From contig OZ024740.1 of NCBI GenBank assembly GCA_964016885.1, positions 249,426,001 to 249,490,000 on the forward strand: 64,000 nucleotides of DNA, given 5' to 3'. The translations under genes were made by a program, and so were the position numbers. The notes beneath the pieces were generated by a model. It did no database searches and was not told the DNA's origin. It saw only the letters and a program-made list of their open reading frames with translations. Of this stretch, positions 53,001 through 64,000 are shown one piece after another. Source of the DNA: Eledone cirrhosa (taxonomy: Eukaryota). How positions within the stretch are numbered: position 1 is the stretch's first letter; each line of letters opens with the position of its first letter.

Positions 53001-56000
53001 CACGTTGGAAGAGCTATTCCAGCTCCGTGCCGATGATGGTGAGTAAGGAAGTGGTCCTAATGCCAAAGACACCAGAAGTCTCCACTACTACGGACTCAAT
53101 GGCAAACTTGTCGGCGAGCGACCGATATTTGGAGAGTTTATCCTCTTCGGCTCGAAGTGCAGTAGAACCTGGATTGGTCGCAGACTGCACCAGGTTGCTG
53201 TTGGAGAAAGTGTCACTGAATGTGGCATCCCAGATAAGAGGTTTACCACAGCGGAACGGGAAGATGGTCATATCATCTGGCCTTTTGCTGTCCAGCCCTG
53301 CCGGCTTGAGCTGGGAGGGGAAACCTTTCCTTCCATTTACATTAACTTTACTTTTACACTCACTCACTTTCTATTTGTCCATCTGACAACCTCCTACTGT
53401 TACATTCTTTCTACATAGTGGCAGCACAAAAAAAACTAAAAAAAAAAACTACTTGCAACCAATTATGATGATAGTATGTGGCCTGTTTTTGCTAAGAGTT
53501 TTAGGTGCCCATGCTGTTGCAAATAGAGAAATACACTCTCTCAATCCTCCCTCCTTTTATCCAGCAGAAATTCAAGAGTGTGACACACTGAAGAAGAGAG
53601 GGCTACACCAACACTGAAAGGATGAAAGACAAAGTGGGTCTTGGTCGGATTTGAATTCAGAATGTAGAGACATGGAACAAATATCCAAATCGACCACCTT
53701 AGCAGCATATAAATGCACATAACGAATTGTCATATGTGGATATTACTGGAAAACAAGGATTGAAGAAACTAACCTTTGCTGCTGTTCTAGTGTTTGGTTT
53801 CTCCAGAAACCCTGCCAGAGAGCTTCTATCAAGGAAAACTGTAAATTCACTACTGCATCCACAATAGCCTGAAAACAAAAATAAAAGAATATGAGGAAAA
53901 TGTACATGGCTCACTCTGTGGTTAATTTGTTTACTTAGCAAACATGTGGTTTCAAATTCAGTTTCATTGTGTGACACCTTCGGCACATGTTTTCTAATAT
54001 AGCCTTGAACTGACCAATGCCTTGAGAAAGCATTTGGTAGATGGAAACTATAAAAGGCACTCATGGAGTGCAAATGCATGTGAGTGAATTTACAGATGAC
54101 AATTTCTGCAGCCAGTGATTTTGTTTATGTATAATGTAAGCAACACAGAATTTTAATGAATATAAGTTGTATAAACCATTCTTAAATATAAAGTAGAGGT
54201 TGGTACATGAAGGTCATCTGGCTGTAGAAACAATGCCTGAAAAAGGTTTTGTTCAACACATGCCAGTATGGATCAACGTAAAAATGATGATTAAGATGCT
54301 AGTAATTATGCCCTTATAGTAACAATCTTTAAATAATTTACCTCAGCATGTTCTCTGTAAATTTTTTCAAAAGTTCTTATATGGTCCATCATTATGCCAT
54401 CGTGCAATGGCATAAGTGATGTGTCAACTTCAACAAAGTTGGGAATTGCTCCTGACGCATCCCCTAGAAACTGCTGATGGTGCTGCTGTTGTGTCTGTGA
54501 ACTATCTTGATGGCCACTGTTATAATGGCTGTACATACCATCATTCTCTTCCACCTTATTGTTGGCAAATCGCATTCTGGAAAAACAAAGGCAAATATGC
54601 TTCAAAAGCAGAAAACAATGTACACACACAAAATTGGTTGTTTTAACCAAATTGAAGAGTAAAACATATATATTTACAATATTCACAATAACAGGTGTGG
54701 TAGAAGTGAAATAATTACAGCTAGAAATTATAATATAATTTTTTTTGTAATGTGTCCTTTCATTTATAAGATGTTTGAGTGCAATTTCAGAGCAGTTTGG
54801 ACACTATTTCTATCAGTTTGTGACCTAGAGGCTGTCTAGTTTTAAAAATTAAAAATGAAATTTACACCTCACACCTTAGCTGACTTTTTTCTGGTAAACC
54901 AGTTACAAAAGGGTCAAATGAAGAAATTTACTTACTTTTTACCATGATATATTGGCTGTTGTCGGAGGGCCATTGTTTGTTCATCAGTAAACTGGTTGAG
55001 AGGAGAGTTGGCCTTGATGCGGATACCATAATAGTGGTACTTGGAGTTGCCACTTTAAAGAAAGAACACAACTATAAACATTTAAGCCATAGTTTTACAT
55101 GAGTTGTTATCAATATCATTGTTTTTATAGCTGCTTTCCCACACTTGTATGTGTGGGACTGGTCCTTTTCAGCACACTATCTCTTCACTCACTGCGTTTC
55201 TTTGTCATTTCCTCTGTGAGTCTCAGGAATTTGAGGTCAGCTTCCAACACCTGCGCCCAGGTCTTTCTTGGTCTACCTCTACTACAGCTTCCATCTGCTG
55301 GCATCTCTTTACCCATCGATCATCTATGCGCATTGCATGTCTGTACCAATGCTGTCTTCTCTCTTGCACACCACCTCGGATTCTTCAGAAACCCAATTTT
55401 TCCCTCACTTCACCTAAGCTCAGCTTTTCTTTCACATTTATGTTGCATATCCAATGAAGTATGGCTGCTTCATTTCTATCCAGTCTACACATGTCTTCTG
55501 TAGTTACTGCTCATGTTTCACTACCATGCAAGATTGCAATTCGCAAACAGGCATCATACAGTCATCCTTGTGTACGTAGGGAGAAACCTATTGTTGTCAA
55601 CAGTGGGAATAGCTCTCTAAACTTCTTCCATCCTATCTTTATTGTAGCTGCTCTCAGAACACCCTCCTGCGCTGCTAATTAAGTCACCTAGATTGCAGAA
55701 GCTGACAACCACTTCTATACCCTTCCTGTGACAATATATCAATCATCATTTTTTGTCCGCTTTTCCCTGCTTGCAAGGGTGGGACGGGAACTGATTCTGG
55801 CTTGATTTCTACAGCTGGATGCCGTTCCTAACACCAACCTCATTTACAGTGAGTGCTGGGTGCTTTTTTTCCATGGCGCCTGCACGTCCACTTTGCAGTG
55901 GAATGATAGGGATCCCAGTTCTATCATCTCATTTCTACAGCTGAGTAAACTGAAGCAATGTGAAATAAAGTGTCTTGCTCAAGGAAACAACATCACCCGG

Positions 56001-57013
56001 TCTGAGAATTGAACTCACAACCATTCGATTGCAAGGCCAATGCTCTAACCACTAAGCCATGTGCCTCCATCAAGTATATTAAAATAAATGGACCTCTATT
56101 GGTTATGACAATGAGTTTTTTAGTTGCTTGGTCAATGGAATGGCCTACTCATAAAATTAATGTGGCTGAGTATTTATTCCAAACACATGTATCCTTAAAA
56201 GCAAGGAAAAAGAATGTGTGATGGTGATGATGATTCTGTGTGGCACAAGGTTGGATCTTTGAAATTATCGATACAGTTCATTTGATGAGCTTCTGAACAG
56301 TTTCCACCTACCCAATTTCATTCACAAAGCTTGGGCCAAACTCAGCTCAAAATAAATGAAGATTAGCCTGACTAAACAAAAGGTTCTTCTCGGCCAGTGA
56401 TTGGCACACATCCAACTGTGAGTGTAATTTGAATATTAGCTGGAGTGAAGTTGAGATTACAGTTTATCTTTCTAACATGTTATTATATTAAAATGGGGAG
56501 CATCAATTTTTTTAGGTGTAGGGCATAAAGCAAAAACAAGCCTTATACTCTCAGTTGCTTAATGTCTCATGAAACCAAGACAAATATCAACCTTTGTTTG
56601 ACTCAAGACTCTCCTTTTCTAAAACACATGCACAGAGTAAGAGAGCTAAAAATTAACTGATTAATATAAAAATGAAGTGATTCTTGTTAAAGGAGGAGGG
56701 GGGAACTAGACTTTGTTTTAATGACTTCAGTTAATAAAGGCATGTACATAAATGCAATACAATATTCAAACTTTAATAAAATCTCCTGTATTATAAGAAA
56801 ATTCTGTGTAAAGCCAAGTCAATGTACTTACCGTGTTCCCAAGCGTCTAGTTCGCAAGCCAATGAAAACAGAGCGTATTAACTTGCCAAAGGAGGCCGGA
56901 TTCATGGGATCCAAGTTTTGTTCCTGACAGTGACGCAAATAATGATTGTATAAAGTACTTCGAGGTAGACTAACACCTTCAGCAGTCTCATAGTTGTCTA
57001 GAAGCCATTGCAC
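37705..57013 (-). CDS. RFX: RFX1/2/3-family (daf-19-like) transcription factor, 10 coding exons in window, 5' part missing
   Basis: Spliced exons give RFX DBD ([64 protein letters not shown]), B/C domains and dimerisation domain ([18 protein letters not shown]; [37 protein letters not shown]). All introns are GT-AG with matching phases. Confidence 0.97.
38487..38606 (-). mobile_element. 5'-truncated copy of the same SINE, in the last RFX intron
   Basis: 12-bp TSD AATACTGTTAAT (38475-38486 and 38607-38618). Confidence 0.85.
38839..39185 (+). mobile_element. RTE family B 3' end inserted into an older SINE
   Basis: [17 protein letters not shown] end, 3'UTR tandem units, (GAT)n tail; SINE pieces on both sides. 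Confidence 0.85.
39546..39699 (-). CDS. RFX: RFX exon, dimerisation domain (154 nt; alternative in-frame donor extends it to 39537)
   Basis: TACAG|T TCA ATG; [51 protein letters not shown]; donors AAA|GTTAGA or CAG|GTAACT. Confidence 0.94.
42148..42356 (-). CDS. RFX: RFX exon, dimerisation domain (209 nt, phase 0 to 2)
   Basis: GTAG|GAG; [38 protein letters not shown]...[12 protein letters not shown]; AG|GTACAT donor. Confidence 0.96.
43133..43282 (-). CDS. RFX: RFX exon (150 nt, phase 0 to 0)
   Basis: TTGCAG|GTT; [50 protein letters not shown]; CAG|GTAAGC donor. Confidence 0.96.
44100..44790 (-). mobile_element. RTE-related 3' end/3'UTR relic
   Basis: Reverse complements of the GGCATCCAGTTGTAGAAA and CACCCAGT..CTGTAAAG units seen in family B 3'UTRs. 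Confidence 0.55.
44925..45022 (-). CDS. RFX: RFX exon (98 nt, phase 1 to 0)
   Basis: TTTTTCAG|GC; [33 protein letters not shown]; AAG|GTATGA donor. Confidence 0.94.
45377..45531 (-). CDS. RFX: RFX exon, domain C (155 nt, phase 2 to 1)
   Basis: TACAG|C; [51 protein letters not shown]; A|GTAAGT donor. Confidence 0.94.
45880..46110. repeat. Degenerate minisatellite
   Basis: About five recurrences of a CAAG(C/T)TGGACAAC/TAACAC-like unit. Confidence 0.55.
47186..48497 (+). mobile_element. Young full-length mariner (DD34D)
   Basis: TA|CGAGGGGGGATCAAAAAGTTCGCGGAATTTT with a matching right TIR; about 1.31 kb. Confidence 0.96.
47368..48422 (+). pseudogene. Mariner transposase with a single 1-nt frameshift near 48136
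   Basis: [34 protein letters not shown], then continues in another frame [28 protein letters not shown]. Adding one C gives 351 aa with D-D34-D spacing. Confidence 0.93.
48955..49360. repeat. Imperfect tandem repeats
   Basis: TAAATTCAT(C)AAA..TCTTTGCC..CTA(G/T)A motif recurs about 4 times; CATTATATCTCC.TGTTTATTTT twice. Confidence 0.6.
49660..52853 (+). mobile_element. Near full-length decayed RTE LINE (family B; APE + RT with Cys-rich insert), antisense in an RFX intron
   Basis: [71 protein letters not shown]; (GAT)n tail; many stops and frameshifts. Confidence 0.93.
52890..53335 (-). mobile_element. CRE-clade retrotransposon 3' (REL endonuclease) fragment, second family
   Basis: [59 protein letters not shown]. 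Confidence 0.85.
53774..53868 (-). CDS. RFX: RFX exon, domain B (95 nt, phase 0 to 2)
   Basis: TTTTCAG|GCT; [31 protein letters not shown]; AG|GTTAGT donor. Confidence 0.93.
54342..54576 (-). CDS. RFX: RFX exon (235 nt, phase 2 to 0)
   Basis: CCAG|A ATG; [11 protein letters not shown]...[19 protein letters not shown]...[10 protein letters not shown]; GAG|GTAAAT donor. Confidence 0.93.
54936..55052 (-). CDS. RFX: RFX exon: DBD C-part (117 nt, phase 2 to 2), not in ORF track
   Basis: AAAG|T GGC AAC TCC AAG TAC CAC TAT TAT GGT = [38 protein letters not shown]; AA|GTAAGT donor. Confidence 0.95.
55120..55730 (-). mobile_element. RTE family B 3' fragment
   Basis: Antisense homology to 52080-52600 and to 61270-61850. 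Confidence 0.85.
55743..55900 (-). mobile_element. RTE family B 3'UTR fragment
   Basis: Nearly identical to 63775-63885. Confidence 0.8.
55910..56068 (-). mobile_element. tRNA-derived SINE (CORE-like)
   Basis: Minus strand GGCACATGGCTTAGTGGTTAGAGC (A box) and GAGTTCAATTC (B box), followed by a CCTTGAGCAAGACACTT core. Confidence 0.65.
56832..57013 (-). CDS. RFX: RFX exon: DNA-binding domain, N-part (182 nt, phase 0 to 2)
   Basis: CAG|GTG acceptor; [13 protein letters not shown]...RTRRLGTR; CG|GTAAGT donor. Confidence 0.96.
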
Positions 57014-57299
57014 CTGCATAAATACAATAGGTTTAATCTATTATCAACGAACAAATTATAAAGATCACTGAATTTCACAAAAACTTTCAAATCAGATAAA
57101 TGATAAAGACTATAAATATTATACAATACACATAATAGCAATTGATTAAACCTATTGTCATACAAAAAACTTTTTCCAGATTTACACTTAATGCTTTGAA
57201 CCTGCCAGCCAAGTATTCCAGTCTCAACAATGTTTAACCACATCCCATCAACAGGGTGTTCTGTTCTGCACCACACTTCGGTTTACAACTGTTAAAGTG

Positions 57300-58318
57300 C
57301 ATACTGTCGCCTCTCCTGCTCATTATTTACATGAACAGGATTAACATGTGCAGCTGGGTTGGAGGCAGTGCCATGACTGGAGGGTGGAAAATCAGTCGAC
57401 TGGAATTTGCAGACGATATGGTGTTACTTGACTCAACAGAAGACGATCTTCGACTTGCACTTGATAAGTTTGATGCCAAGTGTTGCATTGCAGGAGTGAA
57501 AATCGAGGCTTCAAAAAAAAGAGACACTCATCCTCACAAGGAAGCTTGTGCAGTGCCCTCTACAGGTGAATGGAGTTCCACTGAAGCAAGTAGAGAAGTT
57601 CAAGCATCTTAGGGTTGTGTTCACAAGTGATGGAAGGCAAGAGGCTGAATCAAGTGCAATAATGCGCCAGTTTCAGCATTGAATCTTGGATAATGACTGA
57701 AAGAATACAATTGCGTATATACAAGCGCCCAAAATGGGGTTCCTCCAAAGGGTCTTTGGAGTAATGTTACTCGATAGAGTGCATAGCTCGGAGATCAAAG
57801 AGTCACTCCAGGTAGAGCTGGTGCAGCAATGTGCCAGTTTCAGCATTCAGTAATCAGAAGAAGGGAGGTAGGTGTGCCAAACCTTACCTAGTCATGAATC
57901 TTGGGTAACGACCAAAAGAATACAATTGCAAATACAAGCGGCCGAAATAGGATTTCTTCAAAGTAAGGTTACTCAATAAAGTGCATGGCTTGGAGATCAG
58001 AAAGTCATTCCAGGTAGAGCCATTAATTCTCTAAATTGAGGGATCACAACTCTGATACTATGGGCATGTGGTTAGAATGTCTCAGTAAAGAATTGCTGAA
58101 CGGATTTTATGGGCAAAACCAACCGGTGGGAGACTCAGGGGTAGATCCCCTAGCAAGATTGTTGGATAACATCCATGAGCTTGGCTGGTCACGCTTGGGG
58201 ATCCAGCCAGATCAATTGGAGACAGTTGCTTCTGACAGAACTCGCTAGAAGGAGTGTTTAAGGACTCTGCCCCCCGACCCTCTCAGGAATAAGTGGGTGA
58301 AAAAGAAGAAAAAGAAGT
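57300..58318 (+). mobile_element. RTE family C 3' fragment with internal duplication
   Basis: LSPLLLIIYMNR, LEFADDMVLL; 57655-57820 is duplicated at 57825-58020; (GAA)-rich tail. Confidence 0.85.
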
Positions 58319-59049
58319 TACACTACTTTCTGCGCAAATCGTTTTACATTGTCAATTCAGCCTGAGTTCTTTGGTGAGGCATTGCTGTGATTTTTGCCAA
58401 CTTTATACAGGTTGAATTGACAAATATTGCTTTTACAGTGACTTTTGTTCAAACACCCAAGATTGGGGACTACTTACATGGCAAGCTGTTGGTTGATACA
58501 ATCATATGCAAATTTGGAAATTTGCTCTAATCAAGAAAGTTTTGTAATTGACATACAAACGAAATAGAGTAAATAACCTGTGGAGCAGAAGGTAGGAGAA
58601 GCACAAAAAATACAGAGAGAAATTTAGTATGACATACCAAGAAATGTGCAGGTGCTCTTCCTAAGACATATTAGGGGAAAGTGTGAGAAAGCAGACCTTA
58701 GAAATCAAACGGAATACTAACAGCAAAACTTACTGTGGCTGGGGATGCTCTCGTAGTGTGACTGAGGGGAGCCCCTTCACCATCCATCGTACTACTTTGA
58801 ATAACATAGGTGCCTGCATGTTGAGTTATGATTTGCCCTTGGATACTCTGGACATGGGCAATATTTGTGGCCATCTATGAAGAAGAAAGAAAAGGTAATT
58901 GATTATGGACAATCAGCAAGTTAAACAATGTTCATCAGTCTTGACATGGGTTGAATGAGATATGATTCTATGGCTGGATGCCCTCCTTGATTTTAACCCT
59001 AACTCCTGAACAATGGGATCCCTGTTTACATGGAACATAAATAAATATC

Positions 59050-59464
59050 ACCACTTAAGACATCAGTGTTTTCCTTGATGGTGGCAGTTACAGGATATCC
59101 AGATCTTGGGTCATCTTCAAGACTCTCCCTTCTCCCTCCTAAATTCAGCTGCCCACTTTTGTACTTTTGATAAAGCTGGAGCACCATCCCCCAATGTAAC
59201 AACTATGTCAGCATGAATGTCCTTGGGGGCTAAACCCTTCTTCTGCAGGTACTTGATATCACCACAATGCTAAATTTCATCCATTTTAAAGAGAAGTCAC
59301 GACTAGTTACTTTTGAAGTCTTCTTTGAACAGTCAGATGTCAGTTTACCTGGAAAGAAACAATGCAGTTATTAATAAGAAGAGTTGAAATTAATTCATGC
59401 AAGATTTCACAGCTCTAGCATCACTCCTTCAGAGTCAGCCTTTGAACTTCTCAGCCCACCCTCG
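59050..59464 (-). mobile_element. Mariner 5' half
   Basis: TA|CGAGGGTGGGCTGAGAAGTTC TIR; IKYLQKKGLAPKDIHADI..VQKWAAEF..ESLEDDPRSG. Confidence 0.85.
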
Positions 59465-59466
59465 TA

Positions 59467-60161
59467 TACATTAATGGAAAGAGGGATGCTGTCAGTGTCA
59501 ACTGTTTAGAAAAAGCACCTTCACTGTAAAAAATCAGTTCTGTATGAGCAAGAGTTGGTCACCTGACCTGGCATTGCCCACAACAGGACAACCCATCTAA
59601 CCCATGCTAGCATGTAGGAATGGACGTAAAATGGTGATGATGACTATCAGACCAAGTTAACTCAACATCAGTGGTTCTACCTACCAGTACTCCTAACTCT
59701 ATACCAACGAGAACCAGATACGGTCGACGGGTGCACTAGCCATCTTGCTATGTCAAACATTTTGAGTAACATTCCCCATCTCATCTATCATTTGTCGATT
59801 TCTCTTTTTCAACAAAAGAAGTATACAGCAGTTTTCTATATGAGGCAATCTCTCTTTCGATACCTTTTTGATTGTCGAGCATCACTCCTTATCGATATTG
59901 GGCAGGAAACTAATTAGAGAAAGAAATTTTTTCCTGATTATCATAACCACCAAGGGACTGATCTATGATCTGGGAGACATTAATTTAGACAGCAGCAATT
60001 GTACGAAAGAAGTACATTTTTAAAGGTCATCTGTTCATTGTAAAATCAACTAGCGATTATTATAAATACGCTGTCATTCGGCTCTGTAAACACTTTCTGA
60101 AATACAATGAATTACTACTACTACTGGGACTGCTGGCAATGCAAACCTCAGTCTCACAACA
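59467..60161 (+). mobile_element. Gypsy-like LTR retrotransposon 3' remnant (pol C-terminus + probable LTR 59984-60161), interrupted by an RTE-B tail at about 59508-59643
   Basis: INGKRDAVSVNCL (cf. NG..D.VSIDRLKP) and TRTRYGRRVH; purine-rich tract, then a segment with TATAAA ending CAACA. Confidence 0.5.
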
Positions 60162-60759
60162 CCTTGTCACTTCTTAAGGGAAACATTTGAAGTGACTATT
60201 CGCACAACACAGAGGCCTTATTGAACACTCTAACCATTGATTGTATGTACGATTCGAAGCAATTGTATTTTCCTTTTGTGAGGTGATGTAAAGTTATATA
60301 TAAAACCAAAATTGTTGTACTTGTGTTTGTCTTTTCTTTTAATTGACTACAACGAATAGACTGTACATACATATATATTCTGCCCCTCAAAAAGCCATAC
60401 CTAACTCATGCTAGCATGGACAAACCAACATGAAAACGATAATGATGATTTTTACACACAGAAAACAAGTGAAGGAGCTAAATTTCCTCTAAATTACATT
60501 ATACAGTCTTAAAAAAAAGGACACATTAGATAATATAATGGATTGCTTTTGATCATAGGTATGCTAAATTAAGGTAGACATGGAGTTAAAAAAAACAACA
60601 ATGACCAAGAAACACAGTGTTTGCGTGGTTATGAAACTGAACTACTACTTACAAAAACTAAATTTGGATTATACTATACCAGTGTTTTCCCAGAGTGTAT
60701 TCTGTGAGATAAAGTGACTTTTTTTGTAAAATTTAATAAAAAAATTTTGTTTATATATA

Positions 60760-61030
60760 TCATTATCACCGTTTAACGTTCACTTTTCAAGTTAGCATTG
60801 GTTAGACGGGTTGTTCCATTTGAGGCAAGTTGGGTCGGGTGACTGTCTTGCTCATATGGAACTGTTTCTGGCTAGATTTCTACAACTGAATACCCTTCCG
60901 AACGCCAACCACATTTAGTGTGTGCTGGGTGCTTTTTGTCGTGGCACCTACATGACCATCTTACAGTGTGGGCTGGGTGCTTTTTGTTTTGACACCTACA
61001 CGACCACTTTAGTGGCCATGTAGGCGTCAC
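60760..61030 (-). mobile_element. RTE family B 3'UTR fragment
   Basis: Reverse complement of the 52650-52850-type 3'UTR, with three GCTGGGTGCTTTTT-type units. Confidence 0.8.
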
Positions 61031-61265
61031 GATATATCATCATCATCATTTTACGTCCACTTTTCCCTGCTTGTATGGGTTGGACGGGTCCTATTCAGGA
61101 ATTTTTGTTTCATTCAATATTGTATTAAAATTAGGTTTGTTGGGACAGTCCATAAAATATAGGTTTGAAAATTATTGGAAAATGGCATAAAAGTTCTGTG
61201 ACAGAACAAGTTTGAAAACCATTACCATAAACATTAGTTTCTGCTGTAATTAGAACTAATAACCA

Positions 61266-62941
61266 TTTCATCATCATCATTTTTACATCCATTGCATGGG
61301 TTGGATGGGTTCTTCTCAGCACAGCATCTCTCCACTCACTGCGTTTCTTTGTCATCTCCTCTCAACAATTTGAGGTCTGCTTTCACTACCTTTGCCCAGG
61401 TATTCTCAGTCTAACTCTACTGCGACTTCCTTTGACAGGCATTTCCTGGCACCTCTTTACCCATCAAACATCATCTATGCGCATCATTTTTCCGTACCAA
61501 TGCTGTCTTCTCTCCTGCACACCACCTCAGATTCCTCAGTTCGCCTAAGCTGTCTTTTTCTCATGTTTACATTGCACATCTGATGAAGCATGGCTGCTTC
61601 ATTTCTCTCCAATCTACATGTCTTCTGCAGTCACTGCCCATGTTTCACTACCATGCAAGACTGCAATTCGCAAACAGGCATCATAGTCATCCTTGTGTAT
61701 GTAGGGAGAAACCTATTGTTGTCAACAGTGGGAGTGGCTCTTTAAACTTCTTCCATCCTATCTTTATTGTAGCTATTATGCTCTCAGAGCACCCTCCTGC
61801 ATTGCTAATTAAGTCACCTAGATAGCAGAAGCTATCAACCATTTCCTGCGACTTGAAGAGGGTTATCACTGATGCTGTTTCACTTGATTACTCCTGTGCA
61901 TCTACATACAAAGTCTTTCTTTCCAGTTAGTCTACACCTTATCCCACATCTCCTGTGTACACAAGATATGGAGTTTATGCCTACTCCTTTTCTACATATT
62001 TCTAACACTTGGCCAAGTTTACCCTCAGACTCTTTGATTCCAAATTCCATTTCTATAGACATAGACAAAACTTATTTTCTAGTTCTTTTATGGATTCGGC
62101 TCTAAGAACCAAATCATTTGCATGGAGAAGTTCACATGGACAGCCAGTTTTAAACTCCTCTGTTATGGTCTTGGAGGACTATGATGAACAGCAAGTGGAC
62201 TAAGAACCGAACCTTGATGAACTCCTACCTGTACCTTCAATTCCTCATAAACTCACAAGCCAATCTTTTACACCTAATTTCCTTAAGGACCACCAGATAA
62301 TGGATCGAGGTATCCTGTCAAAGGCCTTTTCTAGATGAAAAAAAAAAGCTAAATATAATGGCTTTTTCTTGGCTAGGAACTTCTCCTGTAGTTGCCTCAC
62401 TAAGAAGAAGGCATCTGTAGTACTTTTCCCAGGCTTGAAATCAAACTGTATCACGTCTAATTTGACTTTTTCCCTAATTAACTGCGCTATAACTCTTTCT
62501 GTCACTTTCATAACTTGATCCATTAGTTTTATTTCTCTGTAGTTGTTCCTTTCTAGAGTTTGCTCCGGTAGCAATTTATGATTGTACTGCTATGTCAGTC
62601 ATTGGGTATAATTCCATCCTCTATTACCTGATTGATTATGCAGGTTGCTCGTTCGACTTCTGATGCTTTTAGCGTCTCAGCAACTATCTCAGACGGGGTC
62701 ACAGCTTTACCATTCTTCATCTCTTTGATTGCTCCTTTGACTCTATAACTGTCAACTTCAATATCTGGTCCTTCTATTGGGTAAGCTGAGGGTAGTTTTT
62801 CTTCCTCTCATTCATCAATCTCTCATAGTAACATCTCCAGGCCTCTTTCTTTTGGGCATCAGTGGTGCTAAGTGTACCAGTGTCATTTCTAACACATTTT
62901 CTGCCAACATCTCAATTTACACTAACACACTGCCTTGCAAT
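61266..62941 (-). mobile_element. RTE family B, RT-containing 3' portion
   Basis: [28 protein letters not shown]; VDSFCYLGD; (GAT)n tail at 61266-61280. Confidence 0.9.
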
Positions 62942-62949
62942 GTGAAAAT

Positions 62950-63665
62950 GATGCTACAAATTTTTCTGGGTGGGAAATTACGACGGACTGGGTGGAGTAG
63001 GGATTTTGGTATTGCTGTTAACAGTAAATGACAGTATAATTAAACTTAGACTTGTACTAAACAGAACAACCATGACAGCTCCTCAATTGGACTCCCAGAT
63101 GTACTAACAGACAGGTTCTATGAGTCCCTAATGCCTACTAACTCCCAAATAAATGACAGTGACTTCCTACTCATTGCAGGTGTCTTCAATGGGCATGTGG
63201 GGCAACTCTGTGAGGGCTTTGATGGGATCCATGGGGATTATGGGTACGGACCTAGAAATGAGGAAGGCTTCAGACTACTGGAATTCTGCAACACAAACTT
63301 CAACCACCTAATCACCTATAGATCAGCCAAATAGATTTCATCCTTACTAGAAGTGACTGTTAGGAATACAAAATCCCTCCCCAGTGAAGAATGCACCTCC
63401 CAACATAACTTAGTAGTTAGCGACATTATAGTCAGGGGTAGAAGAACCTGACAACAGAAGCCAACCATGGAAGCTAAAAGACCCATCAAACAGTAACAAA
63501 TTTAGAAGTATGTAGACTGATGCCTTTGACAGCAAGGAAGAGCAAATAGAGACATACGATATAGAGGAACAGTGGGAGTTCCTGAAAGGTAACCTACTGA
63601 AGGCGACATGAAATCTGTGGTTGGAGTAGATCTCTAGGGAGTTACTTGGTGGTGGAATAGTAAAG
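62950..63665 (+). mobile_element. RTE family B, APE-containing 5' portion, inverted relative to the adjacent 3' portion
   Basis: Matches 49820-50645 ([33 protein letters not shown]). Confidence 0.88.
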
Positions 63666-63666
63666 T

Positions 63667-64000
63667 CATCATCATCATCACCGTTTTACGTCCGTTCTTC
63701 CACGCTAGCATGGGTTAGACGGGTTGTCCTATTGTGGGCAGTGTCCGGTCGGCTAACCTTGTCTTGCTTATATGGGAACTGATTCTGGCTTGATTTCTAC
63801 AGCTGGATGCCGTTCCTAACACCAACCTCATTTACAGTGAGTACTGGGTACTTTTTTCTGTGGCGCCTACACGTCCACTTTACAGTGTGGGCTGGGTGCT
63901 TTTTCGCCATGGCACCTCCACGACCACTTTGCAGTGGGAGGGTGTGGGGCATATTGTCTATATGCTTCAGCTTCGGCTTGTACCCGTGGGGGGTCGGGTC
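63667..64000 (-). mobile_element. Young RTE family B 3'UTR, runs off the window end
   Basis: Close reverse complement of 38874-39185; (CAT)n at 63667. Confidence 0.88.

Noticed and set aside
57014-64000. Upstream RFX exons or promoter
   Set aside because: No convincing RFX N-terminal coding exon recognised; the region is mostly TE relics

Overview
AT-rich, repeat-dense eukaryotic (metazoan) DNA. The SINE/RTE repeat content resembles a coleoid cephalopod (octopus-like), which is an inference. The only clear host gene is an RFX1/2/3-type (daf-19-like) transcription factor on the minus strand: 10 coding exons from the DNA-binding domain (57013) to the stop (37705), about 593 aa in the window, all with GT-AG boundaries and consistent phases. 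Its N-terminal exons were not found and probably lie beyond 64000. The rest is layered transposon relics: two CRE-clade RT+REL retrotransposons, several RTE LINE families, a decayed RepHel Helitron plus non-autonomous Helitrons, five mariner elements (one a single base from intact), tRNA-derived SINEs, TTAA MITEs and a Gypsy remnant. The most striking structure is at 12672-19573: a mariner interrupted by a full-length RTE LINE with a 9-bp TSD, itself interrupted by two head-to-tail Helitrons. One of these has a fully palindromic 3' end, an 83-bp minisatellite and an RFX X-box-like site. All reading was by eye; no searches were run.
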